Positions 1-12,110 of a stretch of DNA of 64,000 nt are shown piece after piece. Source of the stretch: Candidatus Dadabacteria bacterium. GTDB lineage: Bacteria > Desulfobacterota_D > UBA1144 > Nemesobacterales > CSP1-2. The position numbers and the translations under genes were made by a program. The stretch covers positions 160,001 through 224,000 of the forward strand of contig CAWDVW010000002.1 of the NCBI GenBank assembly GCA_963805855.1. The letters are read 5' to 3'. A model generated the notes under the pieces. It did no database searches and was not told the origin of the DNA. It worked only from the letters and a program-made list of their open reading frames with translations. Position 1 is the first letter of the stretch; every line of letters starts with the position of its first letter.

Positions 1-1269
1 GTCCTTCAAAGCGGAACTACAAAAACATTCAAAAATATCAAGTTTGGATTAATGCATTCCGAGCTTCAAAAAACCGTAGTCAATGTAGTAGGTGCGGAGA
101 TGTTAGAAAAGGGGATTCCGGGACAGCCCAAAGACGTAATAGTTGTTAAGGATTGGCAGTGGTCTGGGGGTCAGTATGGCACCGAGGGAATATTAAAGGA
201 TATAACATTAGAAAATACCAGCAAAAACAATTATTCAAACGTAAAAATAGAGGTTCAGTACCTTGGAGTACCCGGTCCGGAGACTGGGACTAAGGGATAT
301 ACGAGTAGAGCGGTGATCCACGACATTCTGCCTGCAAAGAACACCAGAACCTATAATGGTATAAATGTCGGATTCAGACACCCTGACGCAAAAGAAGTAG
401 TAATCACAGTGATTGACGCTGATAAGATTTCGGTGAAAGAAGCAAGGTACAGACTTGCTAAGAAGGGAGAATCCATAAATATTGAAGGTGAAGAAACCGA
501 GCCAAGAACCAGGAAAAAATCACTTGCCGAAAGGTACAGGGAGGAACGCGGGCTCACCGAACCCTCAGAAGAAACCTCTGAAGAAGAAACTACTATATCC
601 CAGGTGCCTGATTCAACCAAGGTCGATGAAGGGGAAAGATTGTCACTTGCCGAGCGCTACAGGAAAGAGGTTCTCAATAAACCAACAATAGACGATGCTC
701 CCCAGATTTCATTGGTAGAAAGGTATAAACAGAGAATACTGAGCGAATCAAACGAAGAATTCATATCGCCGACATACAGCGGTGCCACTAGAGCGCCATT
801 GGGGACAGAATACTCTTTTCAGAGTGGTCCCGGGGCAGCCTCAAGGGACAACCAGGAAGAGTCCTCCGGCTCTAAGAAGACTTCGGAAGGTGAAGCCACG
901 AAGGCCGCCAAGAGCGGTAAACGAGCAGAAGCTGAAAATCAGGAAGAAGTGGACTTCGTTCCCGTTCCTGAAAGGGATATTGTCGTAAAAGATTTCAAAT
1001 TGGCCGGAGGCGGAATCCCCCAAACTATGGGGAGACTTAGCACACTAACTCTAGAAAACATTAGCGGAATAAGCTATTCAAGTATTCAACTTGAGGTTGC
1101 CTTCTTCCTTTATCAGGGTAATACGCCGATGGGTTCGCATAAAGTCACACTTTATGAAACACTTCCGCCTCATGCCACTCGAGAATTCAAGAACGTTAAG
1201 ATCGGCATGTTAAGCGAAATACCACAGGAGATACAGGTAACCGTAGTAGGTGCCACAGCAGTCGACTAG
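1..1269 (+). CDS. 5'-truncated repeat-domain protein (at least 3 copies of a ~100-aa beta-rich, FxLYD/Ig-like domain with an acidic linker)
   Basis: Frame is open from base 1 (VLQSGTTKTFKNIKFGLMHSE...). The segments DVIVVKDW..ITLENTS..ILPAKNTRTYNGINVG and DIVVKDF..LTLENIS..TLPPHATREFKNVKIG repeat each other. Confidence 0.6.
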   Translation, partial: VLQSGTTKTFKNIKFGLMHSELQKTVVNVVGAEMLEKGIPGQPKDVIVVKDWQWSGGQYGTEGILKDITLENTSKNNYSNVKIEVQYLGVPGPETGTKGYTSRAVIHDILPAKNTRTYNGINVGFRHPDAKEVVITVIDADKISVKEARYRLAKKGESINIEGEETEPRTRKKSLAERYREERGLTEPSEETSEEETTISQVPDSTKVDEGERLSLAERYRKEVLNKPTIDDAPQISLVERYKQRILSESNEEFISPTYSGATRAPLGTEYSFQSGPGAASRDNQEESSGSKKTSEGEATKAAKSGKRAEAENQEEVDFVPVPERDIVVKDFKLAGGGIPQTMGRLSTLTLENISGISYSSIQLEVAFFLYQGNTPMGSHKVTLYETLPPHATREFKNVKIGMLSEIPQEIQVTVVGATAVD

Positions 1270-1279
1270 GGTTGAAGAA

Positions 1280-1354
1280 TGGTGGGCGGTACTGGATTTG
1301 AACCAGTGACTTCCACCGTGTGAGGATGGCACTCTTCCACTGAGTTAACCGCCC
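1280..1354 (-). tRNA. tRNA-Val(CAC)
   Basis: Reverse complement GGGCGGTTAACTCAGTGGAAGAGTGCCATCCT-CAC-ACGGTGGAAGTCACTGGTTCAAATCCAGTACCGCCCACCA folds as a cloverleaf; CCA is encoded. Confidence 0.95.
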
Positions 1355-1432
1355 GTGATATTAGATACCAACAGACTGCTAATGTGAGATAAGACCCCGT
1401 GCCACTGCTTTTCCCATTTCTCTGGTCGGATA

Positions 1433-1657
1433 CTACTCTTCAATATCAAGAAGCTTATCGGCTTCGTCTATGATTTCTACCAGCCTTTCTCTAAAAAGCT
1501 TTATTCCACCAAGTGGTATCACTATGCACGACCTGCCGCCACTCAGCTCCGTTATCCTTAAATACTTTCCTTTATGGTTTTCCTTGACGTCAAAGAAAAA
1601 CCTTTTAGATTCGATATCAACATGCTTGCTGACGTGTTCCTTCTCCATTTTTTCCAT
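1433..1657 (-). CDS. PUR-alpha family single-stranded DNA/RNA-binding protein (single PUR repeat)
   Basis: SKRFFFDVKENHKGKYLRITELSGGRSCIVIP matches the PUR repeat pattern; GGAGG RBS upstream. Confidence 0.85.
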   Translation of the reverse strand: MEKMEKEHVSKHVDIESKRFFFDVKENHKGKYLRITELSGGRSCIVIPLGGIKLFRERLVEIIDEADKLLDIEE

Positions 1658-1818
1658 CTCGTAAACTACCTCCGCCTCTTTCCTTATCCTTAGGAATTTT
1701 TATTTTGTGTAGGAATAATAACTCAACATTCTGGAAAATCAAGCAAGAATATTTAATCGCGAATTCCTGAAATAGTGTATAATAATGTTTTCAAAATTGT
1801 CAATGGAGCACTCAACAA

Positions 1819-2874
1819 ATGTCAGGAAAAATAAATTTTGGAGTAGCAAGCCCCCTGCCCGGACAATCGGTCGAAAATCTTATCCGAATAACGAATAAAA
1901 CCGAAAGTTTGGGTTTTGACACGGTTTGGTTCCCCGACCATGTGGTCTTCATGGCAAAGACATTAACCCCAGAAGTATGGTCTGTCATCACAGCCGCGAG
2001 TATGAAAACAAAAAAAATAATTATGGGTTCGATCGGTGACGCCCACAGGATCCATCCGGCCATATATGCGCATCGCCTTGCTACGGTTGATCACATTTCA
2101 CGAGGGAGAATATTTGTCTGTGTAGGATATGGAGAAAAGATGAATCTCGATCCGTATGGTATTAAATGGAACAAACCCCTAACTCGTGTAAGGGAATCAA
2201 TAGAGATTATGCGTTCACTATGGAAGGGTGATCAAGTGAATTTTGATGGTGAAATTTACAAACTATCCAAAGCCGAATTACGTATTAGGCCATTTAACGA
2301 TAGGTCAATTCCAATATACGTCGCTGCTACTGCACCGAAGGCTCTTAAATTAGCGGGTGAATGTGGTGACGGGTGGGTTACAAATGCGATGCCCCCTAAG
2401 CTTTTTTCAGACAAGCTAAGTAAGGTAAAGGAGGGGATGAAATTAAGGGATAAAGCTATTGCGCCGCTTGACAAGTGCATATATATATTCCTGTCAATTG
2501 CCGATGATAAGGACAAAGCCTATGAAACGCTAGAACCTGTAAAGCATGCCCTTATCTGGCCTGAGTTGCTCAAGGAGGCGGGATACGATATAGACATATC
2601 GGAGGAATATGGAGATCTACAGTACACAAAAATAATGCCAAATGATACGGATATGATCAAAAGATTCAGGGAAATGGGAGCAAAATACTACTCGAGGGAT
2701 ATAGTGGAGGATTTCGTTATATCAGGCTCGAAGGCAGATGTGATCAAGAAAATTGAGAGGTATATAGTAGCCGGTGTGACACATTTTATTTTTAGAGACT
2801 TTAGTCCGGACCGACAGGCTTCGCTCAGAGCATTGTCAACAGACATTCTCCCCTATTTTAGACACAAGGGCTAA
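1819..2874 (+). CDS. LLM-class (luciferase-like) flavin-dependent oxidoreductase
   Basis: Motifs GFDTVWFPDH, LATVDHISRGR, IPIYVAA..PKALKLAGECGDGW. Confidence 0.9.
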   Translation: MSGKINFGVASPLPGQSVENLIRITNKTESLGFDTVWFPDHVVFMAKTLTPEVWSVITAASMKTKKIIMGSIGDAHRIHPAIYAHRLATVDHISRGRIFVCVGYGEKMNLDPYGIKWNKPLTRVRESIEIMRSLWKGDQVNFDGEIYKLSKAELRIRPFNDRSIPIYVAATAPKALKLAGECGDGWVTNAMPPKLFSDKLSKVKEGMKLRDKAIAPLDKCIYIFLSIADDKDKAYETLEPVKHALIWPELLKEAGYDIDISEEYGDLQYTKIMPNDTDMIKRFREMGAKYYSRDIVEDFVISGSKADVIKKIERYIVAGVTHFIFRDFSPDRQASLRALSTDILPYFRHKG

Positions 2875-2938
2875 GGTATTAGTCAGGCTTTAAAAACCAT
2901 TATTAAATAAAATCAAACAGAACTAATTATAAGCGGAC

Positions 2939-3490
2939 CTAGTGCTTAATATTAGAAATTTGAGTTGCGAAAATCGATAACGGATCGCCTGCTTTTTCTG
3001 CCTTAAAGTACACCCTCCGCATGTAGTCGAGGGCACCAGAGTAATATTCGAAATTCTTCGAGAGTTTGCTGAACACGATCGGATTCCCTCGCCCCCTCTC
3101 AAGGTCGAATCTTGAGACAAACCGGTAGGATTTAGCGCCCTCATCCATGTAATAGTTAAGATAGGAGCCACTACGGACATAATCTCTGAAGATGCCCGAT
3201 ATAAAAAGGGTAAAATCTCCGATGTGTTTTCTGATTTCCCTCTCCCATTCGGGTCTTTCCTGTGATTCAGCTTGATCTTTAATTAACATCTCCACTACAG
3301 TCTGAATTTGTCTTCCCTCAGAATCCCTGATCTTATATAGCCTTTCTGGCCTTGCAAAGTCCGAGAGTAAATCAGTTAAATATGTAGCGATGTTCGCTTC
3401 ATTCTCAATTCCGAGATCGAAGAAACTTATTCTCACAAGCTTGCCGAAAAAAGCCTTTAGGGATGAGAGGCTCATTCCTTCCTTTTTCAT
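2939..3490 (-). CDS. conserved hypothetical protein (IGDFTLF-motif helical family)
   Basis: 183-aa ORF with GGAGG RBS and motif RKHIGDFTLFISGIF; function not recognised. Confidence 0.65.
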   Translation of the reverse strand: MKKEGMSLSSLKAFFGKLVRISFFDLGIENEANIATYLTDLLSDFARPERLYKIRDSEGRQIQTVVEMLIKDQAESQERPEWEREIRKHIGDFTLFISGIFRDYVRSGSYLNYYMDEGAKSYRFVSRFDLERGRGNPIVFSKLSKNFEYYSGALDYMRRVYFKAEKAGDPLSIFATQISNIKH

Positions 3491-3643
3491 AATTTACCCT
3501 CCTTATAAATATTAATAATTTTAGTATCAAATTTAAAATAAAAAAACCCCCCGTTTTCAAGATTAAAAAAATAATGATTCACCACAGTTTTAAATCAGGA
3601 TAAATCGTGTATGATTTTCCGCCATTAAAAAAAAGGTAAAAAT

Positions 3644-4063
3644 ATGTCAAGGGTTCAATTGGATTTACCAAAGAGGTTTGTTTTCTCCACAAACATACCG
3701 TTGCGTGTAGGCGATATAAACTACGGTGGGCATCTTGGTCATGACTCCGTCCTAAGTTTGACTCATGAAGCAAGGGTAAGATTTTTGGCCAAACACGGAT
3801 TTACGGAAATGAATGTTTTTGGAGCCGGTCTCATTATTTCCGATGCCATCATCGTATATAAGTCAGAGGCATTCTGGGGCGAAGTAGTAAAAGTTCAAAT
3901 AGCAATTAGCGAATTCAATAAATATGGATTCGATCTGGTCTATAAGATCACGCAGAAGAAGACAAAAAGTGAGATCGCCAGAGTCAAAACCGGAATGGTG
4001 TTCTTCGATTATAAGAAAAGAAAGGTAGCCCGCGTACCAACTAGATTTAAAAAACTTTTCTAG
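3644..4063 (+). CDS. acyl-CoA thioesterase (4HBT/hotdog fold)
   Basis: Motif RVGDINYGGHLGHD..HEAR. Confidence 0.85.
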   Translation: MSRVQLDLPKRFVFSTNIPLRVGDINYGGHLGHDSVLSLTHEARVRFLAKHGFTEMNVFGAGLIISDAIIVYKSEAFWGEVVKVQIAISEFNKYGFDLVYKITQKKTKSEIARVKTGMVFFDYKKRKVARVPTRFKKLF

Positions 4064-4204
4064 AGCAAATTTATTGTAGCCAAAAACATGTAATAACCTT
4101 TGGAATAGGGTCACTTCAACTCTTCTATATTAAGTTGTCTGTTTATTGGTTTAAATGGGACCCATTTTTAAATATAGCGACATTCGTTCATTGGCAGATC
4201 AATT

Positions 4205-4255
4205 GTAGGCACGAACTTGTTCGTGCTAATATCGCACAGACAAGTCTGTGCCTAC
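4205..4255. repeat. GTAG...CTAC REP-like double hairpin
   Basis: gtaggcacgaacttgttcgtgc ... gcacagacaagtctgtgcctac. Confidence 0.7.
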
Positions 4256-4281
4256 ACATGCTATCTTCCCCAAATTATTAA

Positions 4282-4404
4282 CTAAATATCCAAGTTTGTA
4301 ACGTTCAGGGCATTCTTCTCGATGAATTCCTGTCTGAGCTCAACTTGATCAGCCATTAGAACAGTAAATATCTCATTAATTTCAACTACATCGTTGATTT
4401 GGAT
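4282..4404 (-). pseudogene. diverged duplicate of the gyrB 3' end (40 codons plus stop)
   Basis: Translates [40 protein letters not shown], versus the GyrB end ..[30 protein letters not shown]; 27/30 aa identical over the last 30 residues. Confidence 0.9.
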
Positions 4405-4409
4405 CTATG

Positions 4410-4706
4410 CTATGTTCGGCTCTTCCAAGTTTTTGGATCTCTACTGCCGTGCAATACTCCAATAACAACAATCCTATCTGGCTCATCGATATAGAAAACA
4501 CCAAAAGGGAACCGTCTCAGCAATGATCTTCTGATATTTTTGTGCACTATGGGATATAACAAAGAATTTTCCGAAATACTTGCGAAGCCACGAATAACTT
4601 CATCCAAGAATTCATAACCTAGTCCGCCATGCTGCCGATTGTACCATTGAGCAGCATCCTCAAGGTCGAGTTGAGCTTCCGGTCTTAAAAAAACCGGCTT
4701 TGTCAT
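4410..4706 (-). CDS. RelE/ParE family type II toxin
   Basis: 98 aa; PEAQLDLEDAAQWY..GLGYEF..RRSLLRRFPFGVFY..VIGVLHGSRDP; overlaps the upstream antitoxin by 4 nt. Confidence 0.9.
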   Translation of the reverse strand: MTKPVFLRPEAQLDLEDAAQWYNRQHGGLGYEFLDEVIRGFASISENSLLYPIVHKNIRRSLLRRFPFGVFYIDEPDRIVVIGVLHGSRDPKTWKSRT

Positions 4707-4906
4707 AATCGGTTTCGAATCTCTGCAATGACTTCCAACGCAGGTTTACCGGGATCACCAGTGACTTGGTAAGCTTTCATCCGCTCATCAAGTTCTTTCC
4801 TTTGCTCTTGTGTCAAAGGAACAACTACCTGTTCATCAGCAATACTATCCCAAATGTCTTCCACAAGCTTAATACGGTCTGATAAGCTTAGGTCCTGAAT
4901 TTTCAT
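4703..4906 (-). CDS. putative addiction-module antitoxin (TIGR02574-like)
   Basis: LSLSDRIKLVEDIWDSIA..LTQEQRKELDERM; translationally coupled to the toxin. Confidence 0.85.
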   Translation of the reverse strand: MKIQDLSLSDRIKLVEDIWDSIADEQVVVPLTQEQRKELDERMKAYQVTGDPGKPALEVIAEIRNRL

Positions 4907-5116
4907 ATACGTACCCTTCCAATTATCAAGATATTAAAACATTAATAATAGTATTTCAATTATTAATCCTGATTGTAAGAAAAGTGAAAGCCTGATCCAT
5001 CGACCGCTGAGCGCTCAGCCTCTGCACAGAACCCAACGGGCAACGCAAAAAGTGGATGTATAATTTATTATAACTACCTCAATCCACCTAAGAAGAGGAG
5101 GAAAGATAAAAATTAT

Positions 5117-5250
5117 CCCTTCCCCCTTTGATGAAGGGGGAAGGCGAGGATGGGGGTCATAGAGAAGGACTAGTAACATAGCAACGAATTGGGTTGTGGA
5201 GAGGTTTAGCCCCCACCTTAATCCTCCCCCAACACGTTGGGGGAGGAGGT
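5117..5250. repeat. pair of inverted CCCCC/GGGGG-rich palindromic elements (another copy near 52510-52545)
   Basis: cccttccccctttgatgaagggggaaggcgaggatggggg and cccccaccttaatcctcccccaacacgttgggggagg. Confidence 0.6.
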
Positions 5251-5395
5251 ATTAAAATCACCAAATTGTCAAACCTTCAAATGACCAATCACGTGCATCG
5301 AGGTATGGCGCGAGCGCGGAAGGACAATGGCTATGCCCTTAGTCTAACGATCAAGCTTACCGCAATAGCCGTATTCCCCAGCGTTTATTGATAGG

Positions 5396-5782
5396 CTATG
5401 CTGTAGCAGCCTTGGGATTGGGACCGTATTGGTTCGTGTCTGGCTGGCTGTCCTGCACCATAAAGACGATGAGAACAATAGTGCCGATGACCGGTACCAG
5501 GCTAATTAACAGCCACCAACCACTACGATTAGTGTCGTGGAGCCTCCGAATTCCCACGGCAATCCCGGGAATCAGTACGGCTAAGCCGTAGATACCGCTA
5601 AGCACGCCCGATATGCCAAGAAGCCGGTCGATCAGACCGAGGGCAATTGTGATAATGACGTTGAAGAGAACAAACATCCAGTATTCCGTCCGATGTGCTC
5701 GCCCGTCGAATACTGTGTATTTTTTCAATACCTCGATGTACCAATTCATATTTCCTCCTTTATTGTGTTTCCCTGAAAACAA
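5396..5782 (-). CDS. DUF805 (YhaH-like) inner membrane protein; likely start at 5749 (MNWY)
   Basis: FDGRAHRTEYWMF..AVGIRRLHDTNRSGWWLL..NQYGPNP; AGGAGG RBS before MNWY. Confidence 0.9.
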   Translation of the reverse strand: MFSGKHNKGGNMNWYIEVLKKYTVFDGRAHRTEYWMFVLFNVIITIALGLIDRLLGISGVLSGIYGLAVLIPGIAVGIRRLHDTNRSGWWLLISLVPVIGTIVLIVFMVQDSQPDTNQYGPNPKAATA

Positions 5783-5909
5783 TTACAGACGCTTTTCCTC
5801 TATCCCTTGTTATAAAGAAATGTCAAAATTGGATGAATAACCCTTCAACAGGCTGCAGGTATCAGCGAGACAACTCTCTGCCTACTTATGCAATATTCTT
5901 ACTTATTTA

Positions 5910-8375
<2,466 letters not shown>

Positions 8376-8543
8376 TCAGGCTAACTCCGTAAGTAGGACA
8401 AAGCGTTTTTTAAGTATACCATGAAGGGTTATAAAAGTACATAAAATAAGGGAGTTTGATTATAAAAATAGAAGTGAATTCTATTTCGAATAATTAATAT
8501 CCAAAACAAGAGTCGTTGAAAAAAAGGTTGCAATTAAACGGCT

Positions 8544-9098
8544 CTATAGTTTTGGTGGGGTTATGCCTATTTGCTTCTGGTATTTACCCTTTTTATCTGC
8601 ATATGAAACCTCGCATATTTCATCGGCCTCAAAGAACAGAACCTGAGCTATTCCTTCATTTGCATAGATCTTTGCCGGAAGGGGAGTCGTGTTTGATATC
8701 TCCAATGTCACGAATCCCTCCCATTCAGGCTCAAATGGAGTAACATTCACAATAATTCCGCAACGTGCATACGTGGACTTACCCAAACAAATAGTTATCG
8801 TGCTTCTTGGTATTCTGAAATATTCGACTGTCCGCGCCAATGCAAAAGAATTTGGGGGGATCATACACGCATCTGATTTTATTGATACGAATGACTTTTC
8901 ATCAAAACCCTTTGGATCAACAACCGAGTTGTAAACATTTGTAAAAACCTTGAATTCATCGCTAACCCTGATGTCATAACCGTAGGCTGAGAGTCCGTAA
9001 GATATGACGCCTTTTGACATCTGTGCCTCGACAAATGGCTCAATCATCTTATGCTCTACTGCCATTTTTCTGATCCAGTGATCCGGCTTGACTCCCAT
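8544..9098 (-). CDS. dcd: dCTP deaminase
   Basis: [36 protein letters not shown]. Confidence 0.95.
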   Translation of the reverse strand: MGVKPDHWIRKMAVEHKMIEPFVEAQMSKGVISYGLSAYGYDIRVSDEFKVFTNVYNSVVDPKGFDEKSFVSIKSDACMIPPNSFALARTVEYFRIPRSTITICLGKSTYARCGIIVNVTPFEPEWEGFVTLEISNTTPLPAKIYANEGIAQVLFFEADEICEVSYADKKGKYQKQIGITPPKL

Positions 9099-9303
9099 AT
9101 GAGACTCCTTTTACAGGGATAAAATCAAATTATGGGGATACTACCATAGTAAATTACGTTACTCAATTTAGCGGTAAAAAGGGGTTGGACAACCCCGACG
9201 ACTGTGATTGGTTGTGATATTTTATAAATTCGGCACTCGGGACTTTTAAGCCCCCAATTAAAGCGCCAAACAAGCTCGATCACAATATCAAAGAGGTGGT
9301 TAA

Positions 9304-9855
9304 TCATCCAGATTTGATTCTCTTGTCACATTCTTTCGCAAGAAATTCTCTGACAACCTTCCTTTTATCCAGTTTCTTATTCACGTGCGGACGCCTTTCC
9401 AAAAGAAAATTCATTGCTTCATTTGGCTTAATTTTTTTTGCCTTAATCAACCAGCACAATACTATCGTTGCGCTCCTACCACGTCCAGCCTTACAGTGAA
9501 CATATACTAGATCACCCCTCGAAACACACTTTTCAATAAAACAAACCCCTTGACGAACCGTTGATAAACTAGGAGAAGTATAATCAATCGTTGGTAGTCT
9601 AACCTGTTCTATGCCCGTTGCTGCATATGCCTCTTGGGGACCCGAATACTCCTCGCAAACGTTCAGCACCGCCCTGACCCCCATCTTCTTGAGCCTGGGT
9701 ACGTCGTCCTTACATGGAAGCGCACCAAGAATTACATATTCGTCAATCCGGTCATACCAATTTCTGAGCCCAAAAACCTTACACAGAAGTATATTTAAGA
9801 TAAGCGTTGGATAGAAAAAGAATCTTGCATAGACCCAAGAGATAACTCTTAACAT
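9304..9855 (-). CDS. dual-specificity phosphatase, PTPMT1-like (probable phosphatidylglycerophosphatase)
   Basis: Active site VYVHCKAGRGRSAT; N-terminal ARFFFYPTL..WYDRID..LGALP resembles eukaryotic PTPMT1. Confidence 0.8.
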   Translation of the reverse strand: MLRVISWVYARFFFYPTLILNILLCKVFGLRNWYDRIDEYVILGALPCKDDVPRLKKMGVRAVLNVCEEYSGPQEAYAATGIEQVRLPTIDYTSPSLSTVRQGVCFIEKCVSRGDLVYVHCKAGRGRSATIVLCWLIKAKKIKPNEAMNFLLERRPHVNKKLDKRKVVREFLAKECDKRIKSG

Positions 9856-9916
9856 GCTACATCATGACTTAAGTTAAATTCTAAAAGCGAAGATTCTTAC
9901 GCATGCTTCGTGAATT

Positions 9917-10234
9917 CTAATCGTATTTACCGACCCCGCACTTCCAGCATTCCATAAATTGGCCCTCTATCTCCTCGCCACAACTTCGACATTTCCAAAG
10001 GCCATCTTTCTCCTGTTCATTCCCTTTTAAGGCCGATTTAATAATCTCCGAAGCGATCTCATGTTGGTGGTCTTCAAGAACCCAAAGCTCCACCCAGCAC
10101 TCAACTGGAGGAAGTCCCCCGATGGTTCCCAAGAGATGATCCCGAAGAATTTCACATGAAATCCCCTCATTTTCAAGGATATTACGTAAGTGTCCGAGGA
10201 ACATCGTGTCGCTTGAGCTATAGACCTTTTTCAT
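9917..10234 (-). CDS. DUF2007 domain protein with C-terminal zinc ribbon
   Basis: HLRNILENEGI..; WKCRSCGEEIEGQFMECWKCG. Confidence 0.8.
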   Translation of the reverse strand: MKKVYSSSDTMFLGHLRNILENEGISCEILRDHLLGTIGGLPPVECWVELWVLEDHQHEIASEIIKSALKGNEQEKDGLWKCRSCGEEIEGQFMECWKCGVGKYD

Positions 10235-10420
10235 TTCGGTATTTTGCTCTAAAAAATCTCTAATTTAATCGATATGACATTGAATAGAATGAACCCTTGC
10301 TCTTTAACCAGTGATCCCTTTCTTCACATATTAAAAATTACTCTTCTTTTTTAATCTGTCGCGCTAATTATATAGGAGAAAGTTATCAAGCTAGAATACT
10401 GTTGATAAGAAAGCACAATA

Positions 10421-11440
10421 TTAAGTAAATTGCCTGAGAAACCTGATGTCATTCTCAAAAAATAACCTTATATCGTTTATTCCAAACTTTAGCATAGCTA
10501 TCCTTTCTACTCCAAGGCCAAATGCAAAACCGCTATATTTACTCTGATCATAATTTACACTCTTAAAAACCTCAGGATCAACCATGCCACATCCTAATAT
10601 CTCAAGCCAACCAGTATCCTTACACACCCTGCATCCCTTTCCCCCACAAATTACACATTCTATATCCAACTCAGCACTAGGTTCGGTAAAAGGGAAAAAG
10701 CTTGGTCTAAACCTGACGCTTAGATCTTCACCGAACATAAGTCTTGCAAATTCGGTTAGAACTCCCTTTAAATCTCCAAACGTAACCTTTTCATCGACTA
10801 GAAGACCCTCGACCTGATGAAACATCGGTGTATGAGATATATCACTATCACATCTGTAAACCTTTCCCGGGGCTATTATCTTCACAGGAGGTTTTTGCCT
10901 TTCCATCACCCTTATTTGTACCGGTGAGGTATGGGTGCGCAGAACTATACCTTCAGAGATGTAAAATGTATCCTGCATATCCCGTGCCGGGTGATCGCGG
11001 GGTATATTCAGTGCTTCAAAATTATAATAATCCAACTCCACCTCGGGACCCTCCTCAACCTGAAACCCCATTCGTTCGTAGATGCAAATGATTTCTTCCA
11101 TTACCTGGGTCACCGGGTGCTTTGCACCTATACGAACACCCCTACCTGGTAGAGTCACATCCAATCGCTCTTTAAGAAGTGCCTTATTCCATTTGTCTTC
11201 TTTTATTGATTTTAATTTTCTATCGAATAATTCCTCAAGATATAACTTGACCTCATTTAACAGCTTACCCATGTGCCGCCTGTCGGATGGAGGAACATCT
11301 CTCAGTCCCTTCAGAAGTTCTGTAATGATCCCTGACCTGCCAAGATATTTAGCCTTCAATGTCTGAAGAATTACCTCTTCACCTACCGCTTCAAGGTCTT
11401 TTTCGGCTCGTTGTTTTATTTCTTCTAATTTTTCTCTCAC
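10421..11440 (-). CDS. pheS: phenylalanine--tRNA ligase alpha subunit
   Basis: [48 protein letters not shown]. Confidence 0.97.
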   Translation of the reverse strand: MREKLEEIKQRAEKDLEAVGEEVILQTLKAKYLGRSGIITELLKGLRDVPPSDRRHMGKLLNEVKLYLEELFDRKLKSIKEDKWNKALLKERLDVTLPGRGVRIGAKHPVTQVMEEIICIYERMGFQVEEGPEVELDYYNFEALNIPRDHPARDMQDTFYISEGIVLRTHTSPVQIRVMERQKPPVKIIAPGKVYRCDSDISHTPMFHQVEGLLVDEKVTFGDLKGVLTEFARLMFGEDLSVRFRPSFFPFTEPSAELDIECVICGGKGCRVCKDTGWLEILGCGMVDPEVFKSVNYDQSKYSGFAFGLGVERIAMLKFGINDIRLFFENDIRFLRQFT

Positions 11441-11523
11441 GCTTTTTTAACGCCTAATAAAGTCTGTTTTCCGAAGCAAAGGGCCATAAGTTACTTCCAT
11501 AGTTTATTCTTTTATCTTTTCTA

Positions 11524-11546
11524 CTGAATTCTGACTCCTGACTTCT
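11524..11546. repeat. heptamer (TCTGAMT-type) tandem repeat, identical to 23888-23910
   Basis: ctgaattctgactcctgacttct occurs at both loci. Confidence 0.7.
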
Positions 11547-11554
11547 TGATTCGT

Positions 11555-12064
11555 CTATTGCTTCCCAATCACCGAAAAAACCGCTATTGAAATCATCGTT
11601 ATTGCGATTATCCCTTTTGTAATCGTTCCACCCACTCTTCCGACGAATGCGCCCCAGCCTGATTTCACTGCTTGGTGGATATTTCTTATCCTAACATATT
11701 CTACAACGAAGGCACCCGCAAAAGCACCAATGAAAGCACCTATTATAGAACCCACGCCAAAAAGAAAAGCGGCACCCCAAACTGCACCCACAATTCCCCC
11801 TACTATTGATCCAACTATCGCCTTGGTGCTTGACTTGTGTTTTTTCGAGCCTATCACACCTAGAACAAATTCAAAAACCTCTCCTAAGACCGCTAGCACA
11901 ATCAAGACAATTACAATCTTAACAGTAATCTCCTTAAAGCCACCATACCAGCCGTATAGCACGGAATTGGCAAGTATAAGAAAGTTCCCCGGGAACCCAA
12001 ATAAAATTGATATCAGGCCTATAAACATTACAAACAAGAAAATCGAAAAAACCAGATATTCCAT
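11555..12064 (-). CDS. DUF456 family membrane protein
   Basis: Hydrophobic, Gly-rich (GSIVGGIVG..GAFIGAFAGAF). Confidence 0.8.
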   Translation of the reverse strand: MEYLVFSIFLFVMFIGLISILFGFPGNFLILANSVLYGWYGGFKEITVKIVIVLIVLAVLGEVFEFVLGVIGSKKHKSSTKAIVGSIVGGIVGAVWGAAFLFGVGSIIGAFIGAFAGAFVVEYVRIRNIHQAVKSGWGAFVGRVGGTITKGIIAITMISIAVFSVIGKQ

Positions 12065-12110
12065 GCGATTGGATTCACCCGCGAATCGATCGATTCTCAG
12101 AATACCGTTT

